Assembly (NCBI GenBank): GCA_963668695.2
Contig: CAXXLQ010000004.1
Coordinates: 1,536,001-1,600,000, forward strand
DNA length: 64,000 nt
Direction of reading: 5' to 3'
Origin: Vicinamibacteria bacterium
GTDB lineage: Bacteria > Acidobacteriota > Vicinamibacteria > Marinacidobacterales > Marinacidobacteraceae
How positions within the stretch are numbered: the first letter of the stretch is position 1; the number at the start of each line of letters is the position of its first letter. A program made the position numbers and the translations under genes. Under the pieces are notes generated by a model. It saw only the letters and a list, made by a program, of their open reading frames with translations, ran no database searches and was not told the origin of the DNA. Shown here piece by piece: positions 58,897 to 64,000 of the stretch.

Positions 58897-59053
58897 CGGA
58901 TGAGCAGGAGTTCCGTCTGCCTCGGGATCAGTTCTTCGAGTTCCTTCGCTAAGGACTGTCAGGAATTCCGTGTGTAGGACGGAGACTTTGAAAACTGCGT
59001 TGGTTTTGGCTTCCCGGGATTGCCCTTCCACCAGCGGAAACCGCACCCGATCG
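58897..59053 (-). pseudogene. Degraded duplicate of the 3' end of M24 paralog 3
   Basis: 58897-58950 matches 61625-61677 and 59023-59053 matches 61774-61804. Confidence 0.8.
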
Positions 59054-59329
59054 GATCTGGTCAGCCAGAGGCTGCGTGGTGGGAGCCCGGACGGATATCG
59101 AGCTCTTCTGAGGTAGCCGTGTCGTGGATCCGCTCCGGCGAGTGCTCGCGCGAGCCCGGGACAACGCGGAAGATCTACTAGTCGCGGACCTCGACGCGGA
59201 ATCTTTGAGCCGCGCGCGTCCAACCTCCCGACAATTCTCCGTGAGACGACCCGAGCTCTGCACCGCCATCGCAGATCCGATTCCGTTTCCCTGAGGCGCT
59301 CTTGAGTTGTCTCAAGTGCTCCCGAAGTC

Positions 59330-59525
59330 GGTTGATCGAGTAAGAGTTCAAGAGAGCGGTTCGGATACTCGATGGCCCCGGGCACATTGCCCAGCTCGGC
59401 CTCGTAGGAAGCGAGAAGGTTGAAGACGTGGTGCTCGGCTCCGCGGAGTCGAAGCACCTGCTCGAGAATCTCAACGGCTCGCGCGGGCTCGCCCATCCGA
59501 TGGTACGCCCCGCCGAGGAGCGCCG
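59330..59525 (-). pseudogene. TPR-repeat gene remnant
   Basis: LLGGAYHRMGE..RAVEILEQVL.L......FNLLA....ELGN...AIEY..RSLEL..DQP, with no convincing start. Confidence 0.5.
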
Positions 59526-59674
59526 AGTGCGGAGGTTGCGGAAGTCCCGGATCAGGAGTTCGGCGGATGCCAGTCCGCGCCTTTCGGGCCCCTATACTCG
59601 GAGGCGATGGAGCGTGCGAAGCCTTCCTGTGGTCCACGCGGGCCATCGCGCTGGCCGGGACGGGAGCCGCCACG

Positions 59675-60394
59675 ATGACGGCCACTGCGCTTTCGCGCGT
59701 CCGGGCGCTGGCATTCGACGTGTTCGGCACGGTGGTGGACTGGCGCTCCACGGTGATCCGGGAAGGCGAGGCTCTGGGCCGCGCCAAGGGCCTGCGAGTC
59801 GACTGGGCCGCCTTCGCGGACGACTGGCGAGACGGCTACGGCCCGGCCATGAACCGCGTGCGGAAAGGCGAGCTTCCCTGGAAGACCATCGACGAGCTGC
59901 ACCGGCTGAATCTGGACGACCTGCTGGCCCGTTTCGGCATCGAGGGCCTCAGCGAACCCGAGAAGCACGGCTTCAACCGCGTCTGGCACCGGCTCGACCC
60001 GTGGCCCGACTCGGTGGCGGGCCTTTTGAAACTGAAGGAGAAGTTCACCGTGGCCACCCTGTCGAACGGGAACGTGGCTCTGCTCGTGAACATGGCCAAC
60101 CACGCCGGGCTTCCCTGGGACGCCGTGCTGTCGTCCGAGCTTGCCGGCCACTACAAACCGGACCGGGAGGTTTACCTGAAGGCGGCCAGCCTGCTCGGGC
60201 TGCCGCCGGGCGAGGTCATGATGGTCGCTGCTCACAAGGAAGACCTGAGGGGGGCCGCCGGAGCGGGTCTCTCGACCGCCTTCGTGACGCGGCCGCAGGA
60301 GAGGCCCAACCGCCGGATCGACCTCTCGTACGAGGACTCGTTCGACGTCAACGCCAAGGATTTCCTGGACCTGGCCGCGCAGCTCGGCGCGTAG
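59675..60394 (+). CDS. Haloacid dehalogenase type II (HAD superfamily)
   Basis: FDVFGTVVDWR, WHRLDPWPD, LSNGN, YKPD.EVY, MVAAH..DL. Confidence 0.93.
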   Translation: MTATALSRVRALAFDVFGTVVDWRSTVIREGEALGRAKGLRVDWAAFADDWRDGYGPAMNRVRKGELPWKTIDELHRLNLDDLLARFGIEGLSEPEKHGFNRVWHRLDPWPDSVAGLLKLKEKFTVATLSNGNVALLVNMANHAGLPWDAVLSSELAGHYKPDREVYLKAASLLGLPPGEVMMVAAHKEDLRGAAGAGLSTAFVTRPQERPNRRIDLSYEDSFDVNAKDFLDLAAQLGA

Positions 60395-60414
60395 CGGGCG
60401 AACTCGCTCGCTAA

Positions 60415-60795
60415 CAGCCTGTGGTGAAACCCACGTGAGCGCCGAGACGGGCGAGGCCCAGTTCTCCCGGTGGGGCCAGTCCTCCCGGTGGGGGCCCGGC
60501 TGACAAGGCGCGCGAGGGAGGAGCCCCCACCGGGAGGACTGGCCCGGGTGTATTTCGACCGAAGCGCAACGCAGAGCCCCGCGAAGCGGGGCGGTGAACA
60601 GCCGGCGGTGGAACCCGCGTGAGCGCCGAGGCCGGCGAGGCGCCCGCCTGACAAGGCGCGTGAGGGAGGAGCCCCCACCGGGAGAACTGGCCCGAGTGTA
60701 TTTCGACCGAAACGCAACGATGAGCGGCGCGAAGCGGCGCGGTTCAGGCGGGATGGATCGCCGCTCGAACGCCGCGTGGGTTTCACCACAGGCTG
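60415..60795. mobile_element. Modular element (double unit)
   Basis: CTAA-CAGCCTGTGGTGAAACCC...GGGTTTCACCACAGGCTG-TTAA. Confidence 0.8.
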
Positions 60796-60836
60796 TTAAG
60801 GCCCGACGCCAACTCCGTGAGGCGAAGCGGCTGGAA

Positions 60837-61256
60837 TCAGTCCGATTCGCCAGCCGACCAGTCGTCCAGTTCCAGACCGTTGATTCGGGAGAAGTGTCGG
60901 ATGTTGAGGGTGGCGAGCCGCGCCGGGAGGCAGACGGCGACCGAGGCGATCGCCAGATCCATGTCCTCGATTGGCGTTCCCCGTTGCTGGAGCACGGACT
61001 TCCAACGACCGAATGCGAGCGATGCGGGCTCGCTCCAGTCCACCCAGCGCACCGAAGCGCGGAACCTCTCGAACTCGTGTTCGAGCAGACGCCTCCTCTG
61101 GGAACCGGATTCCAAACGCGCCAGTCCGAAGCGGATTTCCGCCGCGACGGGCGTACACAAGTAAACGCTGGCCGGATCCTCATCGCGCAGGCGGCGGAGG
61201 GCGGCAGGACGGCGATGCATGAACGCCGAGACGGCGCTCGTGTCGAGGAGCAGCAT
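60837..61256 (-). CDS. vapC: VapC/PIN toxin
   Basis: LLDTSAVS, EIRFG, G.PI.DMDLAIA, LAT.N.RHFSRI.GL. Confidence 0.92.
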   Translation of the reverse strand: MLLLDTSAVSAFMHRRPAALRRLRDEDPASVYLCTPVAAEIRFGLARLESGSQRRRLLEHEFERFRASVRWVDWSEPASLAFGRWKSVLQQRGTPIEDMDLAIASVAVCLPARLATLNIRHFSRINGLELDDWSAGESD

Positions 61257-61516
61257 CAGAGCGGCGGATGGGTGCGACTACGGCGAGCGGATTCGAGGGC
61301 CTGCTGGAAGTCCCGTTCGCCCCGGCGCAGCAGCTTGACCTCGGAGTCGCTCAGGTGATCGTTGAGGAAGAGCCCCTCAGGCCAGCGGGCCCGTTCCTCG
61401 GCAGTCCGCCGGCACGATTCCACGATCACGCGGTTCCGGCTGATTCCCCGCTCCGCGGCAATCCGGTTCAGGCTGGCAAGCAGCGACTCCGGGAAGTGAA
61501 CGCTCGTGTTTGGCAT
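61256..61516 (-). CDS. RHH/CopG antitoxin
   Basis: MPNTSVHFPESLL.SLNRIAAERGISRNRVI; stop overlaps the vapC start. Confidence 0.85.
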   Translation of the reverse strand: MPNTSVHFPESLLASLNRIAAERGISRNRVIVESCRRTAEERARWPEGLFLNDHLSDSEVKLLRRGERDFQQALESARRSRTHPPL

Positions 61517-61620
61517 GGAACGAATATAGCCTAACATGTTAGGCCTGCCAGCCATCAAGATCGGCCTCGTCCGCCACCAGAAGGATGGGGCCGACCGGTG
61601 CGGGACCGCTCCGTCGCGGG

Positions 61621-63009
61621 CTACCGGATGAGCAGGAGTTGTGTCTGTCTCGGGATCAGTTCTTCGAGTCCTTCGCTGCCGACAACCGCGTTCTCCTCGT
61701 AACGGGCCGACCACTTCTTTCCGTTCCATTCGGAGATGGGCACGCCGACGTGGAACTCCATGGCGACGAACTCCCCTTCCACCAGCGGAAACCGCACCCG
61801 ATCGCCGTAGGCGAACGGTAGATCCGGGGCCACCCGGGCGCCGATGTCGTGAAGGTTGTTGCCGAGAGAGTGTCCATAGAGCGCGATCTCGCGCTCGGGT
61901 CCGATGTTGGAGACGCTCGGGTCCGTGCGGGTGTCCAGGACATAGCCGTCGCGCTGCGCCTCCGCAATGATCTCCTCGTAGATCTCGTGCCCGACGGCGC
62001 CCGGGCGCATCTTGCTCGCGTAGAGCCGTGAGGTCTGGACCACCTCCGCCCAGGCGTCGCGGATGCTTTCGGGCGGCTCGGTCTCTCCCGGGGCCAGCAC
62101 ATAGGCGGTTCGCTTCATGTCGGTGGCGAACTGCACGTAGAAGAGTCCCGCGTCCACCGCCACGATGTCGCCGGGCTGGATGGCGATATCCGGGTCGTGG
62201 CGCGGCATCAAGTCGCCGCCCCGAACCACCCGAACGGTCTGGAAGCTGGTCACGCCGAGTTCGCGGGCGCGGTCCTCGAACCAGCCGGCCATCTCGAGCG
62301 CGGTCGTTTGGCCGGGGACCACGTGAGGTCCGGTGAGGCCCTCGGTCTCCCAGCGGGCGGTCCACGCGACCAGATCCCGGTAGAGCTCCCGCTCCCGCGG
62401 CGTGCGGAGGTTGCGGAAGTCCCGGACCAGGAGTTCGGCGGATACCAGCCGATCGGAATACGGGCTCCCCACCGCCTCCACCAGGAAGTCCTTGAGGGCG
62501 ACCGTGAGTCCGTCGGCCTCCGGGAGCGTTCTCGAGGTATTGATCCCGATGCGTTCGGGGTCCCGGGCGTGGACCGCTTCCCGAAGGTGCGGAGTCAGGC
62601 CCTCCCGGCTGTAGCCGTAGTAGATCTTCTCGTCGTAGACCTGCTCGATCACCGAATCTCCCGGCTGGACGTGGGAGCCGAGGTAGATCTTCTCGGGCGC
62701 CTCCCCTCCGGAGTCGAAGAAGATGTAGGCGGAGCGCACTCCCGCGAAACCACCGCCGATCTCCTCGTGGAGCGGGTCCGGATGGTTCTCCCGATCGAGA
62801 ACGATCCACATGTCGATGCCGTGGGCCCGCATCGCCGGCAGCAGCGCGGTCCGGAGTTTCTCCTCGACGATCGCGCTCTTCACCCGAGCCCGTTCGAGAG
62901 CGCCGGGAATTCCGTACCCGGAGTCGTCCGGAGCGGCTGGCGACGAGGGCGGTGCCGGGGTGCAGTTGGCGGCCAGGAAGCCGAATAGAACGACAGCAGG
63001 GAAGCGCAC
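61621..63009 (-). CDS. M24 family metallopeptidase lipoprotein, paralog 3
   Basis: MRFPAVVLFGFLAANC; AVDAG...TDMKRTAY, YGHSLG, MEFH, YEEN. Confidence 0.88.
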   Translation of the reverse strand: MRFPAVVLFGFLAANCTPAPPSSPAAPDDSGYGIPGALERARVKSAIVEEKLRTALLPAMRAHGIDMWIVLDRENHPDPLHEEIGGGFAGVRSAYIFFDSGGEAPEKIYLGSHVQPGDSVIEQVYDEKIYYGYSREGLTPHLREAVHARDPERIGINTSRTLPEADGLTVALKDFLVEAVGSPYSDRLVSAELLVRDFRNLRTPRERELYRDLVAWTARWETEGLTGPHVVPGQTTALEMAGWFEDRARELGVTSFQTVRVVRGGDLMPRHDPDIAIQPGDIVAVDAGLFYVQFATDMKRTAYVLAPGETEPPESIRDAWAEVVQTSRLYASKMRPGAVGHEIYEEIIAEAQRDGYVLDTRTDPSVSNIGPEREIALYGHSLGNNLHDIGARVAPDLPFAYGDRVRFPLVEGEFVAMEFHVGVPISEWNGKKWSARYEENAVVGSEGLEELIPRQTQLLLIR

Positions 63010-63084
63010 GCAATTCACCTCGCGGAAAGGGCCGGGGGGCGCCGACAAAGCGCCACCCCAGCCACTGGCAATCAGATCAGACGA

Positions 63085-64000
63085 TCAGAAGCGCAGTTTC
63101 GCGCCGAGGCGGAAGATCCGCGGGGGGACGAAGGCCAGCACCCGCCCGAAGGCGCCGCCGGACAGGCTCTGCGTGTTGGTGATCGTGTTGATGTTGAGCG
63201 CGTTGAAGATGTCGAACTGGAGCGAGACCGTGCCCAGCGAACTGAGGCCCAGGTCGTAGGCGGCCCGCAGGTCCAGCACGTTGGCCGCCTCCCAGTGCTC
63301 CGCGTTGCGCTCGCCGGCGAACGCCCGGACGTTGCCCTGGTTCAGGCTTCGGCCGAGGGCGGCCCTCGAGTTGACCGTGCGGGTGAAGTGGTTGCCGCTG
63401 ATGTACTGATAGAACCCGCTGAGCGTCAGCCCGAAGTCGGCCTGGTAGGTTCCGAGCAGCTTGAACAAGTATGGGGTGGAGTTCGCGACGCGGGTGCCGT
63501 CCACGAGTTCCGGATTGTTCAGGGGGAACTGCGGTTGGCGCCCCAGGCGCCCGCGATCGTCGGGGACGGCGCGGTCCAGGTTTTCGAAGGAGCCGGGCCC
63601 GTAGTTCTCCGACTGCTCGCCGGCGGTGAACGAGCCCATGAACTGCCAGTTGGAGGTCAGTCGGCGGTGCAGGGTGAACTCGAAGCCGAAGTACTGGTGC
63701 TCGAACCCGTCGCGGGTGGTGAGGAAGTTCGGCGACAGACCGGTCTTCGACGCGTCGAGTTCGTAGAAGGTGATCCCGCCGCCGTCGTCGCCGGTCCCGA
63801 GCGTCCCGTCGGGGCCCGGGTCGGTTCCGGTCACCGCGGTGTAGTCGACCGGGGAGATGTCGGGATGGGTGAGCTGGGTGATGTCCCGGTCCCGCCGCCA
63901 CATGAAGGTGGCGCTCGCGGAGACGTTCGCGGCGACCTCGCGGGTGAGCCCGATGGTGAACTCGTCCGTGTAGGACGGGTCGAGGTTCCCGTCAATGGTC
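63085..64000 (-). CDS. TonB-dependent receptor, C-terminal part (runs off the window)
   Basis: Y.GFEF...RRL...WQ, LDLR..Y, DIFNALN, PRIFRLGAKLRF with terminal Phe. Confidence 0.9.
   Translation of the reverse strand, partial: TIDGNLDPSYTDEFTIGLTREVAANVSASATFMWRRDRDITQLTHPDISPVDYTAVTGTDPGPDGTLGTGDDGGGITFYELDASKTGLSPNFLTTRDGFEHQYFGFEFTLHRRLTSNWQFMGSFTAGEQSENYGPGSFENLDRAVPDDRGRLGRQPQFPLNNPELVDGTRVANSTPYLFKLLGTYQADFGLTLSGFYQYISGNHFTRTVNSRAALGRSLNQGNVRAFAGERNAEHWEAANVLDLRAAYDLGLSSLGTVSLQFDIFNALNINTITNTQSLSGGAFGRVLAFVPPRIFRLGAKLRF

Overview
High-GC bacterial chromosomal segment, most likely Acidobacteriota (inference from an acidobacterial-type VWA protein, a split atpIBE block and the TonB-receptor type). 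Housekeeping and metabolic genes include dgt, mogA-like, dksA-like, nuoL-nuoM, atpZ/I-B-E, mtnA, tsaD, a RuBisCO-like/cupin fusion, OPT, SSS and TRAP transporters, M20 and M24 peptidases and a HAD hydrolase. They are interleaved with many toxin-antitoxin modules, both intact and decayed, and with a defence-rich block at about 21.5-36.6 kb (MNT-HEPN, TM0106 nuclease-helicase, AAA-DUF4143, GmrSD-like, frameshifted Mrr-like, type ISP/IIG-like R-M). Non-coding structure is prominent: about 10 copies of a modular MITE/ERIC-like element with TIRs and YTAR-like flanks, and a 1.3-kb array of 40 copies of a 17-bp core with two alternating linker classes. Best candidates for undescribed biology: (i) that 40-unit array; (ii) a duplicated type ISP 3' end bracketing defence cargo; (iii) a putative HEPN-Hsp70-SBD fusion; (iv) 22-23-bp-period repeats upstream of both AAA-DUF4143 genes. 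All calls come from motif recognition by eye; no database searches were run.
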